From Cycas panzhihuaensis (lineage: Eukaryota > Plantae > Cycadophyta), in contig CM041465.1 of the NCBI GenBank assembly GCA_023213395.1, positions 164,927,741 through 164,991,740 of the forward strand: a stretch of DNA of 64,000 bases. The letters run 5' to 3'. Below, one piece after another: positions 42,301 through 55,831 of the stretch (position 1 is the first letter of the stretch; the number at the start of each line of letters is the position of its first letter). The notes beneath the pieces were generated by a model. That model was not told the DNA's origin. It saw only the letters and a program-made list of their open reading frames with translations, and made no database searches. The position numbers and the translations under genes were made by a program.

Positions 42301-43581
42301 TGAAAACACCCATCACATGGTCAACAAAGGTGTGAAGCATGTGTGGAGGCCATACCCATAACCATCCATTGTGCAATGTCAAGGGGTGGACATGAGCAAA
42401 ACTGCCATTGAACGTAGACCTGGAGGAATCACAAGCCAAAATGCAAAGGAATGTAGTTTGAATTTGAAAATTCAAATCCAAGAATTATCGCCAAATTTGA
42501 AAATCAAATATATATTTATTTTTTCTAAGGTTGCCATTTGATTAAATTGTATTTCACAAATTTTGGAGTTCAATTTTGTAGCCCTCAACTCTTAAACCCC
42601 TAGACATATGGTGTAAAAGGGCTAAACCCATTTATAGCCCTACATTATTCCCTTTTTTTTAATTCTAAAAATGTTGGTGTTAATGTAATTAAATTTTCTA
42701 TCTTATAGTTGTAGTTACATGATGAAATTTAGGCATCCTCCATGGTGACCAAAGATCTTGTTATTTTCTAGTGCTCCGTGTAGTGACTAAAGTCCAAAAC
42801 ACAAAAAAATAAATAAACATAGTAGTTTCTTATGGTGTGCATGGGCTATTTAATTCCCACTATTTTGTTTTTAGTGTTTTTGGCGTGTTTTTATAATTTT
42901 CTGCAAAGATGATGGGTGGAAACATGTTCAATTCTCTCACAAACTAACTCATGGTAACTATGGCAACTGGAAGCATCAGATGAAAAGCCTATTGATGATG
43001 AATGGGCTTTGGCCTTATGTTGAGGGGAAGGTTACTATACTAATAGATGGTACCCCAAAAAAGGTTGAATATGATGTTAAAAAGTCTTTCATTGGGCTTC
43101 ATAAATTTGTCAATCAATGGTAATCTGATTGAGAATGCAACTACAACCAAGCAAGCATGGATGCCATTACATCTCTCTTTGAGACTAGAAATGATGCACG
43201 GATTTTCATATTGAAGAACCAACTTTACAGTTTGAGGTTGATTGGTTCAATGGGGGACCATATCCAACATGTGAAGGTTAATTATAAATCAATTAGGGAA
43301 TATTAGAGAAATCGTCACCGACAAAGACATAAACATTGTTGTTTTGAGAAGTTTACCCAAATTGTATGAGAGCTTTGTAACAAGCCCCATGATGACAAAG
43401 AAGTTGATTCTACCACATTCAATGATCTGGAGGGTATGTTGTTGCAACATGAACAATTGCTTAGGGACAATAATAAAGGAGAATCTTCTAGAGCTTCACA
43501 ACCAAGTTTAAAAGGAAAAAGCCCTTTATTCCCAAGAAGAATAATATTCGTAAGGAACAAAATGTTTAGAAGGAGGACCTT

Positions 43582-44022
43582 TGTTTGAAAATGCACCAAG
43601 AACATTATAAGATCATGTGACGAATTATGACTAAGCTCAATAAATTCAAAATAACAAGTCACAAATATGAGGTGTAAAATACTAATATAACATGAAATAT
43701 GAAATACATAAAAATGAAATATGCATCATAATGCAAGACAATAAGTTTTGGGGAAATGATCATCCCCATTACTGTATAATGACAGAATACATATTTATAG
43801 ATGTAGTTTGCCTCGTAGATGTCAAATGATATTGGATAACCTCTAAGATAACCTATGATGAATACATGAGTATGTGAGCTCTAAAAATACACATTTTAAT
43901 AATGCTCACCAATTAATCTTTGCACAAGCGTGCACCTCTTTATGATGACTATGCACAACATTTGAGGGATAACTATTACAATAATTATGGATTTATCATC
44001 GATTAAACACTATTCTCCAATA
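43582..44022 (-). mobile_element. Solo LTR in the F gag
   Basis: TGTTTG...CCAATA interrupts gag just before the CCHC knuckle. TSD GACCT/GTCCT is approximate. Confidence 0.65.
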
Positions 44023-44719
44023 GTCCTAAGAGCCAAATTAAACTATGTTACTGTTGTGGCAAACTAGGTCACTTTAAGAGGAATTGCAAAAAGTTGAAGG
44101 TTGATCAACAAAATTTAAAAAAAACAACGTGATTAGTAAAATTAGGGAGAGGAAAAAGTAGGAGTATTGACACTTTTTTGGTCATTCTTCCAATGAAGGT
44201 GATGAGCAAAAAACTCTTTGTACCAGCATCTCAAAATGGTCATGGATCAAAGGATGTATGGTATATAGATTTAGAAGCTTTCAAACACATGGCAAGTAGA
44301 TTAAAATGGTTCAGACATGTGGAAAACAAATGATCAAATAGTGGCACTCAGTGGCAACAAGGAGTTGAAGGCAAAACATATAGGAGAGGTTCCCATCATC
44401 GCAACAAATGGAGAAGAGTACTACATTGATAATGTTCTGTACATGCTAGGGCTAAAAAAAAACTTATATCTATCAGTGAGATTAAAGACAACAAAATAAG
44501 TGCTATTTTGGAGAATGGTAAATGTATCATCAAAGATAGTGACAAAAAAATTGTTGTAGTAGGAATTAGAGATGATGATCTTTGTAGGAATTATAGATGA
44601 TGGTCTTGTCCACTCAAACATAAGTGGTTAGATGTTGATGACTTCAATTGGAAGTGTAAGACATTTCTTGACCTTCACTAATGAATAAGAAACTTTAGAC
44701 TTTCACTATCTTTAAGGAG

Positions 44720-47700
44720 TGTTAATGTGGCAGTTAATTATTAAGCCACTTAGTTAATATTAATGTGGTTTAATTAAGTGAAAAGGTGCGAAGCCAAAAG
44801 GTGTGACTTATTCAGAGGGTCACAACCCTAATTGAGTGACAGGCCTTGTGCATTCAACATCTAAAGATCATTGTATCAATCCATTGTGCAATAATCTAAG
44901 ATATCCATCAAGGATCCTTTTGTGGTGGGTTTTTTCTCGAAAGGGTTTTTCTACATAAATCCTATGTACTGTGCATCTGTTTTCTGTGTGTATATTTGTT
45001 TGCTTGCTGTGTATGGTAAAAGATTTTGCAGTTGGGAACATTTGTGTATGATTTCATGTTCCCGAACATGGTATTAGAGCCGTAGGGTCCTACACAGCTA
45101 AGGCCTGGCGTTGAGCAGAGCGGTGTGATCGTTGGTTGCCGGGTAACGCTGTCTAACCCAATACGAGTCTTGAGGGTCCATCAACCCCAACAACGTACAG
45201 AATCAGGCACAGTGTATTGGTGGAGGTTAAAGCAGTGAAGATCACTATTCAACAAAACATAAGGGTTATTGGAGTCAATATTCAGGTGTAAAGTCCACAT
45301 TTGTAGTCAGAGTTGGCTCGTCGAGGGCCATCCGAAGCCGATTGAAGGTCTGTTGCAAAGATTGATGCTTGTACAGCACGCATTGATGGTGATTCAGCGA
45401 CTTTAAGGACAACCAAGCGTGTAGGTTCATTATATTCCTCATCAAAATACCATAAAAATCGATAAAAAAGGGGTAATTTTTGGTACTGCTTGCTATCAAA
45501 CCTTCGTGCAAGCACCAGTGGACATGATTGAAGCCCGAATTGGCAGTTTTCTATCTAAATATAAGTGTTGGGTTGAAATTTACAGCAGTAAAAGGCTATT
45601 TTTATTGAATTTTCTCCATATTTATGAGGATTTTGGAGACTAGTGTACACATATTGAGCCTAGAAACAACCATATTGAGGTTGGCCAGGTACTTATTAAC
45701 ATACTTGGGCGAGTTTGAGTAGTCACTGGGTTGTGTTTGTGTTGTTCTGGCTCTCTTAAGTGTTGGTTGGGCGGAATTCAAGTTGGTTAGGCACTATTTA
45801 AGGTGATTGGGCGCTAATTACGTTGATTGGGCATATAAAAACTGTGGCTGGGTGTCTATCTTTGTTGGCTAGGTTGTCCAATGCATGGCTGGGCTGTGTG
45901 CGAGTCTCTAACCAGCCGTACAAAGTCAATTGAAGGTCTAGTTTCTACACGCAGTCCATGTATACTCAGCAGCAGCCGCACCTTCATATTTCTCCACGTG
46001 AAGAGTAGGAGATATCATAAGTGAAGATATTTGGAGTGTTTTTGGTCCGTTCTGAGCACGAATCGAGGGGATTTTTTGTGTTTTTGACTTGGTGACCATG
46101 CACTATAGCGGTGTGGATCCGTCCTTGGTTTTGGCGCACATGTTTTTTAGCCTTTGTTAGTGTCAATTGTGACATTTAATGGCTATTTAAGGTCGCTTGT
46201 TGACGGTTGAGAAGGCATAAACAGTCGATGGCTCACTTAACGTGGGTATAGTAGGTGTTGGGTGCCTTTGGAAGCGTGCTCGTGAGGCAGAGGAAGACAC
46301 AGGGGTCCAATTTTGTCCTGCATACGTTCGTTTTGGTGTTGTTAACCCATATTGAAGCCTGTTTCTCGAGATGGAGTGCATTATGCCCAAAGTTATCTTC
46401 AATGGTAACAATTTCAGCGAGTGGAAGGCCAATATGGAACTTATTCTGATGGTGAATCAACTATGGGGAATCACCAAGGCAAAAGTGGACGCGATTCCAT
46501 TAGACCATAAGGAGCGTATTCATCTCAAATAGAAGCAATTTATAGCCGTGGGACTGTTGAAACTGTCACTGGCGCCGGACCACAGAGCGTTGGTTCACAA
46601 TCTAGACGAACCAGCTGAGATATGGAAAAAACTGTGTGATACATTTGAAAAGAAGCAAACAAACAAACGTCTGGCACTGATGTTGGAATTACTCAACTCG
46701 TGTGTGGAGGATGAGAACATCAACTCCTACCTTAACAAGATTACTAACTTGAAGAATAAGCTAAAGAAACTAAAGCCAAACTCGATCGATGATGCATTGC
46801 TATTCACAATAATCATGTTGAAATTGCCGGCTGCCTTTGCCACATTCCAGACCATTTATGGTAGAGATGAAGTGATAGAAGTAGAGACGTTTGATGGGTT
46901 TAAAAACCTGGTTCTAGTAGAGAATGCCAAGCTCAAACATCATGGTATGCTTGGAGGTTCTGGTTCAAGTTAGGCCCTAGCCATGAAAACTCAGAGGAAA
47001 GAGGCCACTAAGGAGAAGATCACACAGAGGTCAGGAGAAAGTTCTCAAGACAAAAGGAAGTTCAAAGGGAAATGCAATTACTGCAAGAAGGATGGTCACC
47101 GCGAGAAGAACTATTGGTTCAAGCGTCGTAACAAGCACAAAATCAACCAGGATGATAAAGGGAAGAACATTGCTGCTCACTGTATCTGAGCAAAAGCCTT
47201 ATCAGTCGAATCCGATCAGAGAGATTATTGGGTGCTTGACTCTGGAGTGCAGAAGCATATTTCTTACTAGAGGCGGAACTTTGATACGATGACTTCAAAT
47301 CAAAGTGGTGCTCAGATTGTCCTTGGTAATGCTCACGTCTTGCCGGTAGAAGGTATCGGTGAAGTTTCCATTGTAGGACGTAAATTTACCGGAGTATATT
47401 ATGTACCAAAGATGCAGTTGAACCTTCTTTCAGCCCAGGAGATCTGCAAACAAAGTATGAAGGTAGAGCTCTATGATGACAAATGGCTGATTAAGGATTC
47501 GAAATAGAACTTTGTTGTCATAGCTACTGGGAAAGTCCAGAACAACTTCTAGGTGTTTGAAATGTTTCAGTCTTAGAAGAAGTCTTACACCTTTGTTGCC
47601 AGTGCGAATGACGTAAGTTGTGGTACAACCACCTCGGTCACCGTAATTATAGGAGTATTGCACTATTGAAGACGTTGAAGATGGTGGAAGGATTGTCATC

Positions 47701-50700
47701 GGTTACTTGCTCAAATGGTGTGTGCGAAGGGTGTATGTATGGCAAGCATCATCGCTACCCTTTTGCTCAGGATAATGCCTAGACAGCCAAGCAGAAGCTG
47801 GAGCTTGTGCATTTAGATCTAATGGGCCCTCTTCCTAACCCTCCGATATCTGGAGCCCATTATACCCTTGTATTTGTAGATGACTATACTAGGAAGGCCT
47901 GGGTTTACTTTCTCAAGAACAAGTCAGACGTATTTGATTGCTTTCGTGACTAGAAAGCAATGGTTGAAAATGAAAGTAATAAGAAAATAAAGTCGTTAAG
48001 AAGTGATAATGGCAAGGAATACGACAACAATGCATTCAATTAGTTTTGTCGCGATCATGGTATAAAGAGGGAATTTACGGTCCCATATACCCCACAACAG
48101 AATGGAGTTGCTGAAAGAAAAAACCGTACCATGATGGAGATGGCGAGGTGTATGGTGCATCTTTGAAAACACCGCCTTTGAAATTTTGGGCAGAAGTTGT
48201 GGTGACTGTTGTTTATATTTTGAACCAGGTACCCACTCAAGCAGTTCGCAACATGACCCCCGAAGAGAAATGGACCGGTCGTAAACCTATCATTAGTCAT
48301 TTAAGAACGTTTGGGTGTATTGCATACGCCCACATCCCAGATGATACCCGAAAGAAGCTGGATCGGAAAAGTCTAAAGTGTATATTCATGGGTATTGCAT
48401 AGAGAACAAAGCCTATAGACTATGGGATCCACAGGGGAAGAAGATTGTGGTTAGTCGGGATGTCAAATTTGATGAGACATCGACGTATCATGCTGACCAA
48501 TCATCAAAGGAGCCTTTTTACCCCCCCTACTCCCATTCTCAGATTCATCAAGCGAAGAGGACAATGAGCCAGCCGCTGAAACACCTAAGGAAGCAGGATC
48601 GAGTGGGACGAGTAACAGTAAGGAGCTGTTGCGAGTTGAAGTACCTCCAGCAATGAGTCCTTCAATACCTTTATGGGCAAGGAAGACTATAGAAGATTCC
48701 GGTGTGGCGATGCAAACCTTAACTCATGATCGAAGAACACAAAGTCAACATGCCAATCGAACTCTGTTGGTAGACACCAATGACTCCAGTGATCCGGATT
48801 TATTCGATGAAGCGAAAGGAGATCCAAGATGGAGAGCTACAATGGAGGAGAAGTATAGTTCTTTGCTAAAGAACAACACGTGGGATTTAGTTCCACTACC
48901 TCTGACAAAGAATCTTGTAGGATGCAAGTGGGTCTACAAGACAAAGTTCCACTCTAATGGAGAGGTGGACAAGTTTAAGGCCAGACTTGTTGCACAGGGA
49001 TTCAAGCAAAAAGAAGGAATTGACTATGAGGAAACATTTGCACCAATCTCCAGAATGACAACGATCCGATTGTTGATTTCCTTAGCAGCAGCTTATGGTT
49101 GGGAGTTACATCAAATAGACGTAAAGTCTGCATTCCTTGATGGAGATCTAAAGGAGGAGATATATATGTCGTAGCCTCTAGGATTCGTTAAGGATGGCCA
49201 AGAGCATCTTGTGTGCCGTTTGAAGAAGTCGATCTATGGCCTGAAACAAGCACCCTGTGCTTAGTATGAAAAGATGGATGCAAAGTTGAAAGTTGAAGGT
49301 TTCAAGATTTCTGAACTCGACCTAAATCTGTATGTGAAGAAAAGAGGGACTTCAATAGTAGCTTGTGTAGTGTATATGGATGATTTGATCATCAGCGGTA
49401 ACTGTGGCAAGGCTATTGCTAAAGTCAAATCCAATCTGAGAGCTTCATTTGATATGACAGACCTTGCGAGACTTCACTACTTCTTGGGCATTCAAGTCAG
49501 GCAGATGGATGATAGGATTGTGTTGCTGCAGTCTCAATATGTGAAGAACTTGCTGGAGAAATTTGGAATGCAGAATTGCAAACCAATTGCAACACCATGT
49601 GTAAAAGGCGCTAAGTTGCAGAAGGATATGGCCAAGCACTCTCTAGATGGCACAAAGCATCGCCAGTTGGTAGGGAGTCTGATCTATTTGACTCGTACCA
49701 GGCCTGATATCGCACACATTGTCGGGTTGGTTTCCCGCTACATGCAAAATCCTCAAGAGCCTCATTTGGTTGCAGCGAAGCGGATTCTGAAGTATTTGAA
49801 GGGGATTATCAATCTTGGTCTCGAATACCATCAAGGTGAAGAGATACAATTGCACGACTACACAGATGCTGATTGGGGAGGAGATTCCAACGATCAGAAG
49901 TACACTGTTGGATACCTGTTTGGTGTTGGCAATGGATTTGTTTCGTGGCAATCGAAGAAGCAGCAGACAGTGGCACTCTCTTCTACAAAAGCAGAATATC
50001 AAGGACTCAGTGCAGGTGCGAAGGAAGTCGTATGGTTGCAAGATCTCTTGGAGTTTCTTGGAGTTTCAAATGGACACCCGATTATCATTGTTGATAACCA
50101 AAGTACCATTCGCCTATCAAAGAATCTAGAGTTTCATGCGCGTACGAAGCACATTGAGATTTAGCACCATTACATTCATGAACAGATCAAATCAGGGAAG
50201 CTGCAGGTCGGCTACTATCCGAGTGAATTCCAGCTTGCAGACGTGTTCACCAAATCTCTCACTGAAAATCAATTCACGAAGATGTGTACCAGACTTGGAC
50301 TCACCAATGTTATCCTTGAGGGGGGATGTATCGACAAGGATAAAGAAGCTGCCAGATAGTCTCAGCCTTTGTGATAGCATAACTGTTGCAGTTGGCAGGC
50401 TCCTCACATTCACATTAAGGGGGATGTTAATGTGGCAGTTAATTATTAAGCCACTTAGTTAATGTTAATGTGGTTTAATTAAGTAAAAGGGTGCGAAGCC
50501 AAAAGGTGTGACTTATTCGGAGGGTCACAACCCTAATTGAGTGACACCTCTTCAAAGAGTATAAATGCCTTGAGGCCTTGTGTATTCAACATCCAAAGAT
50601 CATTGTATCAATCCATTGTGCAATAATCTAAGAGATACATCAAGGATCTTTTTGTGCTGGGTTTTTTTCCGAAAGGGTTTTCCCACGTAAATCTTGTGTA

Positions 50701-50800
50701 CTGTGCATCTGTTTTTTGTGTGTATATTTGTTTGCTTGCTATGTATGGTAAAAGATTCTGCAGTTGGGAACATTTGTGTATGATTTCATATTCTCAAACA
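44720..50800 (+). mobile_element. Copia G: full length, degenerate (LTRs 44720-45068 and 50425-50800)
   Basis: Paired LTRs, PBS TGGTATTAGAGC, TSD AGGAG/AGGAT, complete gag-PR-INT-RT-RH order with stops. Confidence 0.95.
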
Positions 50801-51495
50801 AGGATTTAAAAGAAAATGTGGAGAATGAAAGTGGTTAAAGGTTGGAAATCCTCAAATCAAATAATGGGGGAAAATACATCTCAAAAGAATTTATGCAATA
50901 TTATAAAGACCACAAAATCAACAAACAATTGACTACAATATACACACCTCAGCAAAATGGAGTTGTGGAGAAGATGAATGAGACTTTGGTAGAAAAAGCC
51001 AAGACCATGATGAAAGGTAAAAATCTCCCATAATCATTTTAAGCAGAAGCTACATATACAACTTATCTGACAAATCAAAATTCCACAAATGTTGTCTGTG
51101 TTGAAATATTCAAAGGAGATCATTCAAGATTCAAGAAAAATGAAACAAAATTCATGGACATAATATGATAGCATTAACTCATAATGAAAGTGATTACATC
51201 ACAATGTCTCCACAACAATAATATCATAATGGATTACATATTGACTCAATGCGAACTACTCTACCTCAACCACTTATTTATATATCATAAGGGAGAGAGA
51301 GTAGTAAGACTTGTGTTACATGTGGGACAAATGACCTCCAATACAACTAATGACATATAACTTACTTATTGACCAATAACCTAATGACCACTTACTTGCA
51401 CAAATATGCATTACATACTTAGACATTAACACATTAAACATTATCTTCCAACACCTTCCCATAATGTTTAATGTCAAGACAATAAAAATTGAATT

Positions 51496-52608
51496 CTAAG
51501 ACACCATGACACTAAGTATTGTGGACTGACTAAAACTGACATATGACTCCACATGAAGCATCGTTTTGAATTTACAATGCTTTGATCTTGGAATGGTCTT
51601 GAAGACAATATCTTCACTTTGATCTTCATCTTGATTCCTACAACATTGTCCTTGAGGTAGTCTTTTGGGGTGATGGTCCTTGAGATTAACTTTCTTTATC
51701 TTCATGTGCAAGAATGAATCCTTTGTCATGTGAAATGTGTAGTAGATCCTAGTCAAATCAACTCGAGCTTGGTGTAGACCTATCAAGAGATCCTGTATGT
51801 ACTCATCAAAAACATCTTGGAATTTGAGGTGTATATCAAGTATGTCTTCAGTCACCGGTTCAGTCATCACTTGCTTGTCTTCATTTTCTTCAACATATGA
51901 GTGATCAACATCTATTGAACCAATGTCAAAATTTAAAGATATGTCAACAAAAGAAGAACCAATATCACTTGAAATATGAGTATCAACATCTTGTATGTGT
52001 TTCTCCTCTTGATTAGTACTTTCAATAATAATTCCTTCAACTTTTAGTAGAAAATCTTCATGAACTTGTGAGCAATTTGGATTAGAACCAATAATCGAAT
52101 CAAGAATTGACTCGATAACATTTTCAAAAGAACAAACAGATTTGACTTCATCCTCCCTTGAAGCAATAGATTCATTTAGGGAAATTTTTATTACATGATT
52201 ATCTTCATTAGTGGCCAAATCATCAACCTCATTGTGCTTACCAATCTCAACAACACATTCAAGAGTAGTTTCATCACCTTTATTGGTAATCTTTTCAATT
52301 TCTTGACATACCTATACATTTGCATCACCTATATTGTCTTTATCATCTTTCTTATCTATATTGTAGTCATCAACAACTCTGTTTGCTATTTGGTTATTTT
52401 TCTTAAAACTTTCCTCCTCTTCTTCATTAATCAATGCAATACCATCAAGAATAACTTCCCATAACCCTTTAGCACTAAATATGCATTCCATTTTAATTTC
52501 CTAAAAACGAAAATTTGTCCCCATATACTTGGGTAAAGGGAAAGGATAATCTGTCAACCAATATTCATTTCTTTCAGGCAAAAAAACTATGACGTCACTC
52601 AACTCCAT
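51496..52608 (-). pseudogene. Element A single ORF (370 codons, 2 premature stops, no frameshift): gag N-terminus, acidic module, RNase H-like tail
   Basis: MELSDVIVFLPERNEYW...NFRF*EIKMECIFSAKGLWEVI; acidic middle; C-terminal TRIYYTFHMTKD...EDQSEDIVFKTIPRSK. Confidence 0.8.
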
Positions 52609-54454
52609 GATGTTTGAATGAGCTAATCAAAAGTACATTATGCCGGATTCATGCACCCTCTTCTACCTAAAAAAAATTTGTCAAATCAGTAGAAAAATAC
52701 CTCAAATCACATACTAAAACGTCCATCTTTGAAATACGGTTCCAACACCTTAGACAATTTAGAAAATGGATTCTTGGACGGAGAGATATAAAGCAAAATG
52801 TGCAAGAACCCCTTTTGAAGAACAATTTCAAGTTAATAGAAGATTAGTCCCTATAATAAATTAGAAACTGGTCATACTAAGCCTTCATATGACCACTAGC
52901 TTAACGACAAGGGAGCTAGCAGATTTCAACCTGAATTCCAATCCAATTTAATTCAGTTCAACTTTGCAAAAATAATTAAATTCGCCCTAGTGGACTTGAA
53001 GTCCATGGATTCCAAACTGAGTTTCAATTTAATTAAATTAATCTTATAATTTCAAAAAATAATTCCCCTTTTGCATCGAATTGCAGAAGATTCGTAAACC
53101 ATATTAGCCGAGGAAGAATTGCAGTACCGAGATATGTGGGTCTGTGCATTTCCAAAGTTTCCTGATTCCATCACGGAAATCTCCGATGTCTCTGTTGGAG
53201 TCGCAAAGCAATGATACGCAGCGTGGAATTTTACAAAGAGAGGAAGACGTTGGGGTTGACGAAACCATGGTTGGTCGTCATTTCCATGGACTGCATTACT
53301 TCATCCCACGTCTCGTGTTCGATCTGTGATCTGTCATTGACCCATGGTCTATTTCAAGAGGTTTGCAACGAAGGCTACTGATGTTAGAATATAATGTTTA
53401 ATGTATATGTGTCTAAGTGTCTTAAAGTCAATAGTCACAGTCTTAAGTATTAAGGTGTAGGAGTCATACCTTATAATAATATTGTGTGGAAAGTTAGAAG
53501 GTCATTAGTTGGTAAAATGTCATTGGTTAAGTTAAAGGTAATTGTCCCACATGCATTACTTCTCTTATGTGTCCTCCCACCTATTTTGTATATAAAGGTG
53601 GTCGAGGTAGTGTATAGAAACAAGTCATCATTGGGATTCTTGTTGAGTCTATGGTGCATTAATGTTCTGATATAATCTGTTTGTGTTATGTTAATACAAG
53701 CATTGCTTTGTTCATTGATATTGTTGGAGTTGAATGCATTCCATGTTAAAATCTAATATGGTATCAGAGCAGGCCATCCTGCAGTAAGAAGAAGATTGAG
53801 AGAGAAGAAGCCCAGTAAAGGACAAAGTGTTTAAGCAAGGAGGTGGCTCCATCAAGTCAGTTACCAGATCTGGAGATCAAATTAAAAGAGAAGGTTCAAG
53901 GCCCTATGTGCCAGACAATATCACTTCTTTATTGTGTTATCATTTATCTTGGAGATTGAGGCCAGCATGTATGGGAAAGCAATGACATTAAAGTTGTTTT
54001 TAAGAATTGATATTCGAGGTTGTTCATTGGATCAATGTTTTTTATAACACATCCATGGAAATCCACCTACCTGTGTTTGTTAGTTGATTTAGGGTTTGGT
54101 GAAACCCTAGCTTTCCACTAGTCCTAAGTAAATATTGGGATGAAAAAGGTAAATACTCCTTTACCTTTTATGACCATTAAGGCGAAAGAATTGTTGTTGC
54201 CTAGGCTTGCTATGAGGAGGTTTTGTTTGTGAGCTGCCCAGATTACTCCATCTAAGCATCTCTCCTTCTTAGCTAATAGAGGATTTAGACGCTCCATTAT
54301 TAACAAAGGTCTGTCCAGTGTGCCAAGCTTCATTTCTAGACCCACATTACAGTCACCAATAATATAAGGCTCGGGTTGAGTAAAAGTAGATCGCAAACTG
54401 TGGTGCAGAGAAACCTTGGATCAAGTTGTCTACTGTTGAAGACATTTACTCAGG

Positions 54455-54612
54455 TACTATCAACCATCATGCCATTTGGAGCAATTACCTTGGCTTTGTA
54501 AGTCGATGCAGGAGGGCCCACATTGGTGACAATTCTTATGAAGAACGTCAAGAGTTTGGAAGATTTGGTCTAATCAAAAACTACAAAGAATGAAGGATAA
54601 TTGAGTTTTCCT
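54455..54612 (-). pseudogene. Captured subtilisin-like protease (SBT1-type) C-terminal Fn3 fragment
   Basis: Reverse complement translates KLNYPSFFVVFD*TKSSKLLTFFIRIVTNVGPPASTYKAKVIAPNG, matching the LNYPSF...RTVTNVG subtilase motifs. Confidence 0.85.
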
Positions 54613-55150
54613 AGATGTCCTCTAGAAGTAGGGTACTTGACAGGCTTATGTGCAATAATAAGAATGACTTGTATGGATTCTACAATTTGGGCAGTGCTCC
54701 GTTTCTGTAGGCACTGTTAATTCCACTGAAGAAGCTCATCTCCTTTCCCTGGTTTGTTTGAGTGGAACATTCGATTCATATATACTTTCTCAAGGTCCAT
54801 TCAAGTCCTATTCTGATTCTGTATACTGTTCGTATGTTGACGTTTGGAGCGTTTCCAACATTCACTTGCCCTTCACCAGCATTCAGCTTGTCATCTAAGC
54901 ATTCACTTGACCAGCATACAACTTGTCGTCTGGGGTTGATATTTGAAGGAGGTTCTACTGGAATGGCTGGATTGCTAGCCCTCACATATATAGTTGTTGT
55001 TATTGTCGAAATCATGTTTCCCATCATGATGATGTAATTTCCAAAGACTTCGAGGATAAGGAGAGTCTGATTATTAAGGACAGTTGTATCCACGTCATCC
55101 CCTTCCTTGATGTTTTTATTGTTCAAGTTGAGCACAAGTTCAATCCATTA

Positions 55151-55350
55151 ATGAACAGATCACATAACTGAAGCTTTATGTAGACAATTTGGAGAAGGAA
55201 AGAGATTTCTACCTTACTAAACTTTGGGATATTGAAATTCTTTGCCAGGACCCGGAATTGGAACATCTTCCAGTGACAATAGCTGTTCAAGAAATTTTGT
55301 ATGCTGCAGATAATAATAATTCTGTACTTGTTGAAACTCAAGCCATAGTT
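55151..55350 (+). pseudogene. EB1: Captured EB1 (microtubule end-binding protein) C-terminal fragment
   Basis: [52 protein letters not shown] matches the EB1 LEKERDFYFxKLRDIEILCQ motif. Confidence 0.92.
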
Positions 55351-55831
55351 AGCAGAGCTTCATTAGCAGGCATTTCTAGCAAACTATTATAACTTGATGA
55401 TTTTGCAGTGTCTCTTCAGTAGCAGTTATAGTGAGATCTGTCCTACTAGTATACAGTTTTTCAACCTCCAGATTTCTTGCAGCATGATATATTTTGTCTG
55501 TTCCATGTGAAGTGGAAGCATCTAACATGACTACTTCTGATGTATGAGCCTCTGAGATGATTTGTGATGTATTATGGGAGCTCTTGGTGTCTCACATAAT
55601 CTATCACTCTCAACAATAGTGTGGCCTATATTAACTGCCTCATGAGAAGATGTTTTGTTTCCATCCCCTGTGACTTCAGATTTGTCTAAGGTAAGCAAAG
55701 AAGATTTTGACCAAAATTTGATCGATAGCAAGGGAACAAGGACAAATTATTTAGTAGAGATATTTGGCTTATCATAGCTATGAAGACATAAATTTTGGGG
55801 AATGTTCTTTTGCTCATCTTAACCACACAAT

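Noticed and set aside
44720-50800. Horizontal transfer or current activity of Copia G
   Set aside because: Higher CpG content alone is insufficient; multiple stops and a deleted TATA-like box argue against activity.
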